Below are positions 40,750 to 51,340 of a stretch of DNA of 64,000 nt, piece by piece. The DNA is taken from positions 160,001 through 224,000 of the forward strand of contig CBDDTI010000295.1 of the NCBI GenBank assembly GCA_965233585.1, written 5' to 3'. Origin of the DNA: a bacterium (GTDB lineage Bacteria > SAR324 > NAC60-12). Both the position numbers and the translations under genes were made by a program. A model generated the notes under the pieces. The model was not told where the DNA came from and searched no databases. It saw only the letters and a program-made list of their open reading frames with translations. The stretch's first letter is position 1. Each line of letters starts with the position of its first letter.

Positions 40750-42036
40750 TCATGGTTGAAAGTGTTTTTTCAAGCCTGCCCAGCAATCGGTGTAATTTTT
40801 TTGCAACGTTTCTAATTCTGCTGCATAGTTGGTGAGCCGTTGTCTCAAATGACTTTCAAACATGAACGCCATGGTGTTGCTTAATTTTTCGGGTTGAAGC
40901 TCCATAGTGCTTGCCTTTTCAAAAGCATCAACATCTGGTCCATGAGGAAGCATGAGATTGTGCAAACTGAACCCACCGGGAGCAAAGCCGTCAGGTTTTG
41001 CATCATAAACTCCATAAATCAAGCCCATAAATTCAGACATGACGTTGCGATGATACCAAGGTGGTCGGAAGGTCTTTTCAGCAACCAACCAACGTTCAGG
41101 AAAGATGACAAAATCTACATTGGCTGTTCCTGCAATGGTAGAGGGAGAAGTCAACACGGTAAAAATGGAAGGGTCAGGGTGGTCAAAAAGGATTGCCCCC
41201 ACTGGAGAAAAAGTTTTGAGGTCATACTTGTAAGGAGAGTAGTTGCCATGCCATGCGACTACATCTAAAGGAGAATGTCCGATGGCGCATGACCACACAT
41301 CTCCCCCCCATTTCACCCATAAACGACAAGGCTTTTCTTGCTCTTCGTAAGCGGCAACAGGATACTTGAAGTCTCTTGGATTTGCCAAACAATTTGCACC
41401 AATGGGACCTCTATCAGGCAGAATGAAACGGCTGCCATAATTTTCGCAAATGTAGCCCCTTGCCTCATCGTGTAGTAATTCTACTTTGAACATCACACCA
41501 CGTGGAATGACAACAATCTCACCGGGTAAGGCTTCAATGATGCCTAATTCTGTGACAAACCGCAGTCCATTTTGCTCTGGAACAATCAAATACTCACCAT
41601 CAGCATTGAAGTAATAATCCTCGTTCATGGATTGATTGCAAGTATAAACATGCGATGCCATGCCTGTATTCGCATCGCTGTCTCCCGCAAGCGTGATGGT
41701 TTTGATGCCTTCAATGAAAGTATGTAGCTCTTTAGGAATAGGAATGGCTGACCAACGCAAGGCACCAAGTGGCAACGAATGTGGCTCACGGTTGGGGGCA
41801 GTTCTGACTAAGCCTTGAGGTTCTTTGTGAAATGTTCCAACATGCTTGACCGATGGACGCAGGCGATACAACCATGAACGATAATTGGCATGTTGTGGCA
41901 TTGTGAAGGCAGACCCGCTCAACTGCTCTGCATACAAGCCATAGTGGCATTGTTGCGGAGAGTTCTGACCTTGTGGCAAGGCATTGGGCAATGCTTCGGT
42001 TTCAAAATGATTTCCAAATCCACTCATGTATTGCAT
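40750..42036 (-). CDS. hmgA: Homogentisate 1,2-dioxygenase
   Basis: [49 protein letters not shown]. Confidence 0.98.
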   Translation of the reverse strand: MQYMSGFGNHFETEALPNALPQGQNSPQQCHYGLYAEQLSGSAFTMPQHANYRSWLYRLRPSVKHVGTFHKEPQGLVRTAPNREPHSLPLGALRWSAIPIPKELHTFIEGIKTITLAGDSDANTGMASHVYTCNQSMNEDYYFNADGEYLIVPEQNGLRFVTELGIIEALPGEIVVIPRGVMFKVELLHDEARGYICENYGSRFILPDRGPIGANCLANPRDFKYPVAAYEEQEKPCRLWVKWGGDVWSCAIGHSPLDVVAWHGNYSPYKYDLKTFSPVGAILFDHPDPSIFTVLTSPSTIAGTANVDFVIFPERWLVAEKTFRPPWYHRNVMSEFMGLIYGVYDAKPDGFAPGGFSLHNLMLPHGPDVDAFEKASTMELQPEKLSNTMAFMFESHLRQRLTNYAAELETLQKNYTDCWAGLKKHFQP

Positions 42037-42148
42037 GGTTTTTTTCCGCTAAAAAAAGTTAATTAGTTGAAAATGTTTAGAAAAATAACAGTTGGGTTCA
42101 AAAGATTAACATCAGCCTTCAAAAAAAATCTCTTAAACATCAGAAAGT

Positions 42149-42301
42149 TAGTTTTGATGTTGATAGCACTTCAACCAACATAAAAACTAGATTCAAAAAT
42201 GAGTAAAAAGACTTGACCAAGCCATTTTTGTCCAAATTCTAAATCGTTTGCCTTTGCAGGTATTAAACTCAACTCATCATTTTGTACTTGACTTGTCAAG
42301 T
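42149..42301. promoter_or_regulatory. Divergent control region with two inverted repeats
   Basis: TAGTTTTGATGTTG-N13-CAACATAAAAACTA (42149-42189); ACTTGAC-TT-GTCAAGT (42286-42301) overlapping TTGACT-N16-TATAAC. Confidence 0.5.
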
Positions 42302-42354
42302 GTTTCATGTATAACCACTTTTTTCAACGTCTTAACATTTTCAAGGAGAAAAAT

Positions 42355-43539
42355 ATGAATAGTCAAAAACTTTCACGTAGGTCTTTTATTGTAAAGACAG
42401 CAGTAGCCTCTGGTTCGTTAGCGCTTAGTGAAGGCTTATTGAGCCAAAATGTCTGGGCGGCAAATGGAACAATCAAGGTTGGTGTCTTGATTCCCTTGTC
42501 AGGACCTGCTGGCTTGTTTGGACCTTCAAGTCAAAACTGTGCCAATCTAGCCATTGATGAAATCAACAAAGCAGGAGGATTATTAGGCAACATGATTGAA
42601 CCAGTTTTTGCTGATGTTGGAGGGGCTCCTGCTGATGCCAAGCAAGCTGCACTCAAATTGTGGAAGGGTGAGAAAGTCAAAGCATTTATTGGAATGCACG
42701 ATAGCGCAGTTCGTGGTGCATTGACCAATTTATTCAAAGGACAGATTCCTTATATTTATACACCAGTTTATGAAGGCGGAGAATGCTCTAAGGGTGTTTA
42801 TGTCATTGGAGAAACACCAGCTCAACAGCTTCAACCTGTCATTCCTTACTTGTCCTCTCAAAAAGATGTTAATCGTTGGTATTTGATTGGAAATGACTAC
42901 AACTGGCCTCGGGATACAAATGCGATTGCCAAAAAGTACATCAATGAAGCAGGTGGCAAAATTGTGGGGGAAGAATATTTGCCCTTCACAGCAGATAATT
43001 TTGACTCCAATTTAGCCAAAATCAAACAATCTGGGGCAAATGGTGTTTTAATCACTTTAGTTGGTGGAGCATCAGTAGGTTTTAATCGTGCCTTTGCTAA
43101 TTTTGGACTATCCTCTCAAGCCATTCGTTTAGGGACTTTAATTGAAGAAAATACTTTAATGGGAATTGGTGCAGAAAATTCTAAAAATTTGTTTGCTTCT
43201 GCAGGCTATTTTGCCAATATTGATACTGGATCAGCCAAATCCTTTGCTCAAAAGTATTATCAAAAATTTGGTCAAGATGCCGCCATTTTGAATGCTTTAG
43301 GAGAATCATGTTATGAAGGTGTGATTTTACTACAAGCCCTTGTCAAAAAAGCAGAGTCTTTTTCAGTGGGGCAAATAGAAAAGATGGCTCAAGGAGTCAG
43401 CTATACAGGTCCACGTGGACAGGCTACTTTAGAGGCAAGGCATTTTGCTAAAGATATTTATCTAGCAGAAGCCCAAGGAACAACTTTCAACGTCCTGAAG
43501 ACTTTTAGTGATGTTGATTCTGGTCAGACTTGCACTTGA
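42355..43539 (+). CDS. Amide/urea-type (AmiC/UrtA/FmdD-like) ABC substrate-binding protein with Tat signal
   Basis: AAGGAG RBS, SRRSFI twin-arginine motif, YTPVYEGGEC, IGNDYNWPR, VGEEYLP. Confidence 0.9.
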   Translation: MNSQKLSRRSFIVKTAVASGSLALSEGLLSQNVWAANGTIKVGVLIPLSGPAGLFGPSSQNCANLAIDEINKAGGLLGNMIEPVFADVGGAPADAKQAALKLWKGEKVKAFIGMHDSAVRGALTNLFKGQIPYIYTPVYEGGECSKGVYVIGETPAQQLQPVIPYLSSQKDVNRWYLIGNDYNWPRDTNAIAKKYINEAGGKIVGEEYLPFTADNFDSNLAKIKQSGANGVLITLVGGASVGFNRAFANFGLSSQAIRLGTLIEENTLMGIGAENSKNLFASAGYFANIDTGSAKSFAQKYYQKFGQDAAILNALGESCYEGVILLQALVKKAESFSVGQIEKMAQGVSYTGPRGQATLEARHFAKDIYLAEAQGTTFNVLKTFSDVDSGQTCT

Positions 43540-43552
43540 ATCAACTGAGAAC

Positions 43553-44407
43553 ATGGATTTGCTTGTCACTTATGCTTTAAATTTGCTTTATGTGATCATG
43601 GTCACAGGTCTAATTGCCTTGGGACTTGGAGTTGTTTTTGGACTGTTGGGAGTCATGAACATGGCACATGGTGAATTTGTGATGCTAGGTGCTTATAATG
43701 CGGTCATCTGTCAGCAGCTTCAATTACCATTTTTCTTTGCGATTCCAATGGCAGTTCTTGTGTCAGCAGGTATTGGATTACTCATAGAATGGTCAATGAT
43801 CAAGCATTTATACCATCGTCCTTTTGATACCTTTCTTGCCACTTGGGGCATTGCTATTCTCATACGTCAAGTGGTAGAACTCATTTTTGGTAAAGAATAT
43901 CAAAGCCTGAATCAACCTATTGTTGGCATGTTCAATTTATGGGGAGCAACTTATCCCACCTATAGAGTCATCCTGATTATGTTGATTGCGCTATTTTTTG
44001 GTGGGTTATGGTTTTGGTCTCAACATAGTTTGATAGCAACCAGAATCAAAGCCATGGTTGCTAATCCTGATTTAGCAAAAGCCGTTGGTATCAACACAAC
44101 ATGGCTTTCACGTTGTGTTTTTATCTTTGGTGCTGGTACAGCAGGGTTAGCAGGGGCATTACTTTCACCACTGGTAAGGATTGAACCATACATTGGTTTA
44201 GATTACTTACTTTCTTCTTTTTTCATTTTGATTGTTGGAGGTTTAGGAACATTAGAAGGCTTGTTTCTAGGCACAACAGTCATCAATAGTATTGATGTTG
44301 TCGCTTCGGCTTTCATTAATACTACAGGCGGGTATTTTTTGGTACTCATCACATCAATCTTGTTTTTATGGTTGCGTCCTCATGGGCTTTATTCCAAAAG
44401 GATTTAA
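43553..44407 (+). CDS. Branched-chain/urea-type ABC permease (LivH/UrtB-like)
   Basis: LGVMNMAHGEF, LATWG, VGGLG, RPHGL. Confidence 0.92.
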   Translation: MDLLVTYALNLLYVIMVTGLIALGLGVVFGLLGVMNMAHGEFVMLGAYNAVICQQLQLPFFFAIPMAVLVSAGIGLLIEWSMIKHLYHRPFDTFLATWGIAILIRQVVELIFGKEYQSLNQPIVGMFNLWGATYPTYRVILIMLIALFFGGLWFWSQHSLIATRIKAMVANPDLAKAVGINTTWLSRCVFIFGAGTAGLAGALLSPLVRIEPYIGLDYLLSSFFILIVGGLGTLEGLFLGTTVINSIDVVASAFINTTGGYFLVLITSILFLWLRPHGLYSKRI

Positions 44408-44454
44408 CCATTGAGTATTGAGCAAGGTTTTTTATTTTCATTAGGAGATTAATT

Positions 44455-46410
44455 ATGTCTATTTACCCATACTTAGGAGAACTTAACGAAAAGAGATCTA
44501 TTCAAGACGAACCCAGTACAATAGCAGACTTAGATCAAGGCTATAACTGGTATCCTGATTTGATCAATTTTGATTATGTTGGAACCATAAGAAGATTAGC
44601 ACCCAGTGAAAAATCTTTCCTTAAGACTTCTTTATCAGACAGTGAAGCAAACACAGATATTGCTATTATTGGAGCCGGTCCGGCAGGTGTGATTGCAGCC
44701 TATGAATTACAGCGAGCTGGTTTTAAAAAAATTACCATTTACGATGGTGGTGAAATGGCGAGTCATTTCACTAATTATGACGACAATAAAACTAAAACTG
44801 TTTCTCGTGCTTATACTAGCAGTGATGGTTTTGAAATGGGGGCTATGCGATTCCCTGATAGAGCAAAGCTGTTCTGGCATTATTCAAGTGTTGCACTGGG
44901 TTCCAGTACTAAGGTAGAAGCTTTCCCAAATCCTGGAACTGTACCTTCCTTATTAAATTATCAGGGACAAACTTATCCTTTTCAAAGTGAGGTAAAAGAT
45001 TTGCCTGAAAAATTTACTGCTGTGAGAGACAAATTTATCACTGCCGTTAAATCAGCTGTTCCAGGGTACGAAATTGTATCTGGTTTATTGCAAAAACAAA
45101 CTCTGAATTCTGATGAGAAAAAAATTGTTGCAATTTATTGGGATACTATGATCAAGAAATATGAGAACAAAAGTTTTTTTGACTTTGCCAAAGAAGATGT
45201 TCAATTGACAGAGGAGGAGATGGACATTTTGTATAGCATTGGTTTCGGTACAGGCCCTTTTGGTCCATTATTTCCTGTCTCATTTTTAGAAATAGCAAGG
45301 ATTTTGATTTGGGATTACGGAAAGGAATATAAATATTCTTCAGAGAACACAGTGCAGCAATTGATTTATTATATGATGAATTATTTGTTGAATCCTTCCG
45401 GAGAGGAAAAAATAACTTACAAAAAGAATACAACTATCAAATCAGTACGTAGAAATAGCTATCAATCGTTGACTCTAGGTGATGCAGCAGGTCAAACGTA
45501 CGATCATGATAGATTGGTTATAGCCACTAGTCATACAAGTGCTACTGTTTTGATGGATTGTTCTGCTAGGTATGCTGACACTGAAAAACAACATCCTACA
45601 TTTGATCCTGATTCACCGTTATCTGGAGAAACAGTATCTCAAGCTGCGAAGGAGAAGTTGAATTATTTGATCAGATCATTACAAGGAAATTTCTTAATTA
45701 GTGCCTCAAAAGTATTTGTTACATTAAAAAAATTCCCTTGGGAGGAAGGAGCAGTCGCCAATTGGCCTAAGGTAGGAAGTAACCCTGTAAAAGTAGTGCT
45801 TACTGATGCGTTACCTCAACAGTCTTACTTTATTGAGAGTTCTGCCTTTCAAAAACCGGGCTTGTTGATAAGTTATGCATGGGGAAGAGAATCTAACAAG
45901 CAGGAAGGACTAGATGATTTAGCTTCAGGTGATTCGACGAACCATAATACTTCAGACGTAGGTGCTAACATGCTTTTGGGAGCTTATGACAGACTTTCTG
46001 GATTTGGTTCTAGTAGTGCTTTGTCAAATCCTATTTCAAAAATGTATGAGGTAGTAGCTGATTGTAACCAAGGTGTGCCCAAATCAGATATCAAGGTTCA
46101 TAAGCTGTTTTGGAATCAAACACCGGGTGTTTTTGGAGGGTTCAAGCTCAATGTTCCCGGATCATTGGGCAAAGTGAATGCACTTGCTTTTCAATATCGC
46201 TTTGTAAATGATTCAGAACTACCTGCTTCTTACAAAAAGATCGTCTTATGTGGAGACAGCTTTAGCTATTATGGTGGTTGGATAGAAGGTGCTGCTTGCT
46301 CAGCTGTCAATGCTGCTGCTGCAATTATGTATTCTATTGCTCCGAATAAACTAGATGATGAGGTCAAATCTTGGATCACAGATGATCCTAGACCAAGCAC
46401 CGATTCTTAA
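44455..46410 (+). CDS. IaaM-like flavin amino-acid 2-monooxygenase, paralog 1
   Basis: GAGPAG, EMGAMRFP, FPNPG, IGFGTGPFGPLF, SKVF, SYAW, GGFKLN.PG, GGWIEGA, all co-linear with tryptophan/lysine 2-monooxygenases. Confidence 0.85.
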   Translation: MSIYPYLGELNEKRSIQDEPSTIADLDQGYNWYPDLINFDYVGTIRRLAPSEKSFLKTSLSDSEANTDIAIIGAGPAGVIAAYELQRAGFKKITIYDGGEMASHFTNYDDNKTKTVSRAYTSSDGFEMGAMRFPDRAKLFWHYSSVALGSSTKVEAFPNPGTVPSLLNYQGQTYPFQSEVKDLPEKFTAVRDKFITAVKSAVPGYEIVSGLLQKQTLNSDEKKIVAIYWDTMIKKYENKSFFDFAKEDVQLTEEEMDILYSIGFGTGPFGPLFPVSFLEIARILIWDYGKEYKYSSENTVQQLIYYMMNYLLNPSGEEKITYKKNTTIKSVRRNSYQSLTLGDAAGQTYDHDRLVIATSHTSATVLMDCSARYADTEKQHPTFDPDSPLSGETVSQAAKEKLNYLIRSLQGNFLISASKVFVTLKKFPWEEGAVANWPKVGSNPVKVVLTDALPQQSYFIESSAFQKPGLLISYAWGRESNKQEGLDDLASGDSTNHNTSDVGANMLLGAYDRLSGFGSSSALSNPISKMYEVVADCNQGVPKSDIKVHKLFWNQTPGVFGGFKLNVPGSLGKVNALAFQYRFVNDSELPASYKKIVLCGDSFSYYGGWIEGAACSAVNAAAAIMYSIAPNKLDDEVKSWITDDPRPSTDS

Positions 46411-46428
46411 ATATTCACTCCACATTAG

Positions 46429-48171
46429 ATGCTTTTTCACAGTATCAAGCCTGCTGTTTTTATAGGATTGTTGGCTGTTCCTTGGATTTGGGATAGTTTC
46501 ACAGGATACCAATTAGGGCAATATCTTCTTTATGGCATTGTAGGACAAGGAATTGCTTTGTGCTGGGGAAGAACAGGTTTTTTACCTTTGGGACAAGCGT
46601 TATTTTTCGGCATAGGAGCTTATTTATCAGGTGGAGTTTTGATTCACTTTGAACAAAGTGAGTGGTCATTGTTTCCTCTTTTGATCTTGGTCATCTTTGT
46701 TCCTGCCTTCCTAGCATGGGGTTTAGGTATGATGGTTTTTAAACGTCAGGTTGGCTCTGGTGCTTATTTTTCCATGATCACTTTGGCTCTTTCTATGCTA
46801 GGATTCCAGCTTGCTAACTCAATGACTTGGTTGACTGGTGGTTTTAACGGTCTGGTTGGTATTCCTAATTTACCTCACATAGATAGCTTTGAGCATCTCT
46901 ACTACCTCATCGTTTTCATTCTGATTGGCACAAGTTATTTCCTGAGTTATCTCTTTCGTACCCCTTTTGGACAATTACTTTCAGCAACTGAACAAAATGA
47001 GATGAGGCTTCAAGTTTTTGGTTTTCAAACGTATCATTTGAAATCTTTGGTTTTTGCCATTAGTGCCACTCTTGCAGGGCTGGCTGGAGTTCTCTATGCA
47101 CCTCATCAAGGCATTGTAACACCACAGGCTGTAGGTTTTTTGTTTTCGGCAGAACTTTTGATTTGGACTGCTGTTGGAGGTCGCAATGGTTATTCAGGAG
47201 CGATTATTGGTGCAGTGCTTATTGGCTTTCTGTCATCAGGTTTAAGAGATCGTTTTGAATATTGGGAAGTTTTAGTGGCTCTTGTTTTTTTGACGGTTGT
47301 TCTGAAGTTTCCTGATGGTCTAGCAGGACAAATTTCAAAAATTCAGAAATTTTTGTTTGTTCGTCAATTTCAATCTCCAACCTTCAGACGTTCTCAAAAT
47401 TTGCCATCTTTTGTGGTGCCACCTCAGCCTGATTTGCTTTTTTCAAATGTTTCCGTCCAACTCAATTCAGTCAAACTACTCAATGACTTGAATTTTAGTA
47501 TTGCTAGTAAAGGGATTCATTGTGTGATTGGTCCTAATGGAGCGGGTAAGACTTCCATGTTTAATGCACTAGCTGGTGTGTTGCCCATTTCTTCAGGAAG
47601 CATTAACTGGGCAGGTCAATCTTTGGTTGGTCTCTCTCCTTGTGAAGCATCTACTTTAGGAATTGGACGTAAATTCCAAATTCCAATGGTGTTTCCCAAA
47701 TTAAGTATTGCTCAAAACATAGATATAGCACTTTGGTCTAATAGACTGAATTGGATCAAACAATGGTTGATGAATCCTTATCAATGGCAATCGGATTTAC
47801 TGAAAGACTTTGAAGAGCAGTTTCCTTTTTTAAAAGAGAGTTCCACAAAAGCAGGCGAGCTTTCAGTAGGGCAACGTCAAATTCTTGACTTGGCTATGAC
47901 CTTTCTTTCACAACCTCAACTGATTTTATTAGATGAACCTTGTGCAGGACTTTCTCATGCAGAAACAGCAAAGGTGATTGAAGTACTTTTAAAACTGAAA
48001 ACTAAAACTCAAGCAACGATTATGATGATTGAACATGATATGCAAGTCGTCAAGCAGTTAGCTGACCAAGTATGGGTGATGAATCAAGGGCAACTACTGG
48101 CTCAAGGCACAATGGCAGAAATTCAACAAAATACACAGGTGCAGAACATTTATACAGGAGTTTGTCATTAA
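46429..48171 (+). CDS. Fused ABC permease-ATPase (LivM+LivG / UrtC+UrtD-like)
   Basis: TM region with TGGFNG, then GPNGAGKT, LSVGQ, LLDEP, IEHD. Confidence 0.92.
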   Translation: MLFHSIKPAVFIGLLAVPWIWDSFTGYQLGQYLLYGIVGQGIALCWGRTGFLPLGQALFFGIGAYLSGGVLIHFEQSEWSLFPLLILVIFVPAFLAWGLGMMVFKRQVGSGAYFSMITLALSMLGFQLANSMTWLTGGFNGLVGIPNLPHIDSFEHLYYLIVFILIGTSYFLSYLFRTPFGQLLSATEQNEMRLQVFGFQTYHLKSLVFAISATLAGLAGVLYAPHQGIVTPQAVGFLFSAELLIWTAVGGRNGYSGAIIGAVLIGFLSSGLRDRFEYWEVLVALVFLTVVLKFPDGLAGQISKIQKFLFVRQFQSPTFRRSQNLPSFVVPPQPDLLFSNVSVQLNSVKLLNDLNFSIASKGIHCVIGPNGAGKTSMFNALAGVLPISSGSINWAGQSLVGLSPCEASTLGIGRKFQIPMVFPKLSIAQNIDIALWSNRLNWIKQWLMNPYQWQSDLLKDFEEQFPFLKESSTKAGELSVGQRQILDLAMTFLSQPQLILLDEPCAGLSHAETAKVIEVLLKLKTKTQATIMMIEHDMQVVKQLADQVWVMNQGQLLAQGTMAEIQQNTQVQNIYTGVCH

Positions 48172-48858
48172 ATGGATGCTCAGCTGGTTCTCAATCAACT
48201 TTCAGGGGGTTATGGACAGATTCAGATCATCAACAAATTCTCTTTAAGTCTCAACAAGGGTCAGGTGGCTTTCATCATAGGAAGGAATGGAGTTGGTAAA
48301 TCCACATTGATTAAAATGATCACAGGACATCTGCCTTTGATGTCAGGGACAATCCACTTTGACCAAAGAAATATCCATCAGGTTTCTGCTCATCAATATT
48401 ACAAAATAGGAATCAGCTATGCTCCACAAGAACGTATTGTTTTTGATTCCTTAACCGTGTTGCAAAATTTAGCCTTGCAACAGCATCATCTGAATTTAGA
48501 GCATTCAGTCTTTCAGAAATTTCCCAGAATCAAAGAACGTCTAAAACAACAGGCAGGAGTACTTTCAGGTGGAGAGAAAAAAATCCTTTCCTTTTGCAGA
48601 ATCATGCTTGAAAAATCCAAGTTGAATATCTTAGATGAACCGACTGAAGGAGTCCAACCTGAAAACATTGGAATCATGGCTCAAATGATTCAAGAACAAA
48701 CCTCTCTAGGTGCGTCTTTTATTATTGTTGACCAAAACCTGAATCTGATGAGTCAAGTCGCACATCATGTCTATCTTTTGGAACATGGAGAATGCCTTTT
48801 TTCTGCTCCAAATAGCACAGAGATTCAGGAAGAAATTGTCAAAAGATTACAAATTTAG
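48172..48858 (+). CDS. ABC ATPase (LivF/UrtE-like)
   Basis: GRNGVGKST, LSGGE, LDEPTEGVQP. Confidence 0.92.
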   Translation: MDAQLVLNQLSGGYGQIQIINKFSLSLNKGQVAFIIGRNGVGKSTLIKMITGHLPLMSGTIHFDQRNIHQVSAHQYYKIGISYAPQERIVFDSLTVLQNLALQQHHLNLEHSVFQKFPRIKERLKQQAGVLSGGEKKILSFCRIMLEKSKLNILDEPTEGVQPENIGIMAQMIQEQTSLGASFIIVDQNLNLMSQVAHHVYLLEHGECLFSAPNSTEIQEEIVKRLQI

Positions 48859-48970
48859 CTTGTCATCTTTGCAAAATTACTTTTTAATCTATTGTTTTTT
48901 AGCTGAACGATAGTTTTATGATTGTTATTGTTCATTTTTTATTCACAACCATTTAAGGAGAAACAATATT

Positions 48971-49921
48971 ATGAGTGCATCTTTTGCATCATCTGGAGAT
49001 TTAGGAGAAAAGAAAATCACTTTCAGCAAAATGGGTGAGCATTGCTACGGATTCACAGCAGAGGGAGACCCCAACACAGGAGTCATTGTTGGCGATGATT
49101 CTGTGATGGTGATTGATGCCCAAGCCACGCCATTTATGGCACAAAAAGTCATTGACCGTGTCAAAAGCATTACTGATAAACCCATCTCTCATGTGGTGCT
49201 GACCCATTATCATGCTGTCAGAACGCTTGGTGCTTCGGCTTACCATGCTGATGAAATCATTATGAGTGATTCTGCTTATGACTATGTTCTGGAGAGAGGA
49301 GAGCAAGATTGGGAGTCTGAATTTAGAAGGTTTCCCAGACTCTTTCAAGGACATGAAAGCATTCCCGGACTCACCTATCCCACCACCACTTTTAGTGAAA
49401 ACATGACTATTTTTCTTGGAAAATTAGAAGTGCGTTTGATGAAAATTGGAAGAGGACATACGGCAGGGGATTTGATTGTTCATGTTCCAAAGTCCAATGT
49501 TGTCTTTTCAGGAGACTTGGTAGAGTATGAATCTGCTTGTTATTGCGGAGATGCTCATCTTGGAGACTGGCCTGCCACGCTAGACAAACTTTCTGTCTTC
49601 AATGCCAATGCAGTCTTGCCCGGACGTGGTGCGGCATTGATTGGCAGAGACATGGCGAAAAAAGGGATTGCGATGACACGTGATTTCATTGTGACCCTTT
49701 ATGGAAGCGTACAGGAAAGTGTTGCCTCGCAAAAAACACTCAAGCAAGCCTTTGATGCAGCGAATGAAGCCATGCGTGACAAGTTTGGACATTTTGCTAT
49801 CTTTGAACATTGTCAGCCGTTTAGCGTGAGTCGTGCTTATGATGAAGCCAACGGCATAGACCACCCCACTATCTGGACTGCTGAACGTGATTTGGACATG
49901 TGGAATCAGCTGAACGGATAG
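48971..49921 (+). CDS. MBL-fold metallo-hydrolase of the type found in hmg clusters
   Basis: AEGDPN, THYHAVR, GHTAGD, FSGDL, PGRG. Confidence 0.85.
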   Translation: MSASFASSGDLGEKKITFSKMGEHCYGFTAEGDPNTGVIVGDDSVMVIDAQATPFMAQKVIDRVKSITDKPISHVVLTHYHAVRTLGASAYHADEIIMSDSAYDYVLERGEQDWESEFRRFPRLFQGHESIPGLTYPTTTFSENMTIFLGKLEVRLMKIGRGHTAGDLIVHVPKSNVVFSGDLVEYESACYCGDAHLGDWPATLDKLSVFNANAVLPGRGAALIGRDMAKKGIAMTRDFIVTLYGSVQESVASQKTLKQAFDAANEAMRDKFGHFAIFEHCQPFSVSRAYDEANGIDHPTIWTAERDLDMWNQLNG

Positions 49922-50029
49922 CTACTGCCTAAAAAACAACTTGAAACCTAGAATTATTACAGAAAATTTTTTGTCGTTTTAAAGTCATAACTTCTTAAAT
50001 TGTGAAAAACTAACTCATTCAGGTATAAG

Positions 50030-51331
50030 ATGAAAACCAAAAAAGTAGTAAGAGAAACCATTGCAAAAAGCAAAGAGCAAGACCGAGACTATCATGCTGT
50101 GATTTCTTGGATTAAAGACTCTGCCATTGAAGATTGTCAAGAGATGGTCGTGGTCAAGGATTCTATCAACGTGCAAGGATTTCCGACGACCAATGGAACA
50201 AAAAGCATGGGAAAAACCATTGAGCAAACAAGTGCTGGTGCTGTCCAAAAGCTGGAAGAAGCAGGGTATTTGATGACTTGCAAAACGAATCTGCATGAAA
50301 CCATGTTCGGAATCACCAGTCAAAATCATGCTTTTGGATTTGTGAAAAATCCTTTGACCGAGACAGGCATCGCTGGGGGAAGCAGTGGAGGAACTGCTGT
50401 GGCGATTGCATTGGGTTATGCAGATTTAGGTTTAGGCACGGATACAGGAGGCTCTTGCCGTATTCCTGCCTCACTCACTGGAACTTATGGCTTTCGTCCC
50501 TCCACAGGACGTTATCCCAAGGAAGGTGTCATGGTCATTTCTCCAACTCGCGACACGGTGGGGTCTTTTGCCAAGACGTTGCAAGGCATTGTGGAGTTAG
50601 ATGCTTGTATCGCCCCGCATTCTCAAACAACAGAGATTCCTGACTTCAAATCTATTCGTCTTGGTGTGGATAAAAAAACCTTTTGGCATGATGTGGATCC
50701 AAGAGTCAGCGAAGCAACCAACAAAGCCTTGAATCGCCTAGAACAACAAGGCTTCCAGCTGATAGAAGTAGATGCTCACGACATTTTAACACTGGCTAAC
50801 ACTATCTCCTTTCCTATTGTTTTGTTTGAAGCCCATGATGCCACTTTGCGAAACCTAGAACAACAAGGCGTGACTCTTGAAGAGTTTCTTGGTCAATTAA
50901 AAAGCCCAGATGTGCGTGCTGTGTTTGTAGATGGCATTGTACAGGGTTTGAGTGTTTTTGGAGAAACACGCATTGCTCAAGCAGATTATGAAGCCGTCAT
51001 GCAGCAAGAACTTCCCAAACTTCAAACGATGTATGCACAGCTTTTTGACACTCATCAACTTGATGCACTGCTTTTTCCTACCACTCCTGCCCCTGCTCTT
51101 GCGGTTGATGAACAAGGCATGATCACTTTGAATGGACAATCACAACCAGCGTTCCCCGTTTACATCAGACACATGGAGTTAAGCTCGCTAGTCGCTAGTC
51201 CAAGCCTCTGCCTGCCTTGTGGAAAAACGGCTGAAGGGTTGCCTGTTGGACTATCTTTAGATGGAATTTCTGAAAAAGACCACCATTTGTTGGCAGTAAC
51301 ACAAGCTGTGGATTCTGTTTTGTCTCACTAA
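50030..51331 (+). CDS. Amidase-signature hydrolase, IaaH/mandelamide-hydrolase-like
   Basis: VKD, NLHE..FGITS.N, GGSSGG, GTDTGGSCRIPAS, GFRPSTGRYP, SPTRDTVG. Confidence 0.88.
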   Translation: MKTKKVVRETIAKSKEQDRDYHAVISWIKDSAIEDCQEMVVVKDSINVQGFPTTNGTKSMGKTIEQTSAGAVQKLEEAGYLMTCKTNLHETMFGITSQNHAFGFVKNPLTETGIAGGSSGGTAVAIALGYADLGLGTDTGGSCRIPASLTGTYGFRPSTGRYPKEGVMVISPTRDTVGSFAKTLQGIVELDACIAPHSQTTEIPDFKSIRLGVDKKTFWHDVDPRVSEATNKALNRLEQQGFQLIEVDAHDILTLANTISFPIVLFEAHDATLRNLEQQGVTLEEFLGQLKSPDVRAVFVDGIVQGLSVFGETRIAQADYEAVMQQELPKLQTMYAQLFDTHQLDALLFPTTPAPALAVDEQGMITLNGQSQPAFPVYIRHMELSSLVASPSLCLPCGKTAEGLPVGLSLDGISEKDHHLLAVTQAVDSVLSH

Positions 51332-51340
51332 CTTAAAAAC

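Noticed and set aside
42355..48858. Labelling the transporter urtABCDE (urea)
   Set aside because: No urease genes nearby, and family-level similarity does not fix the ligand
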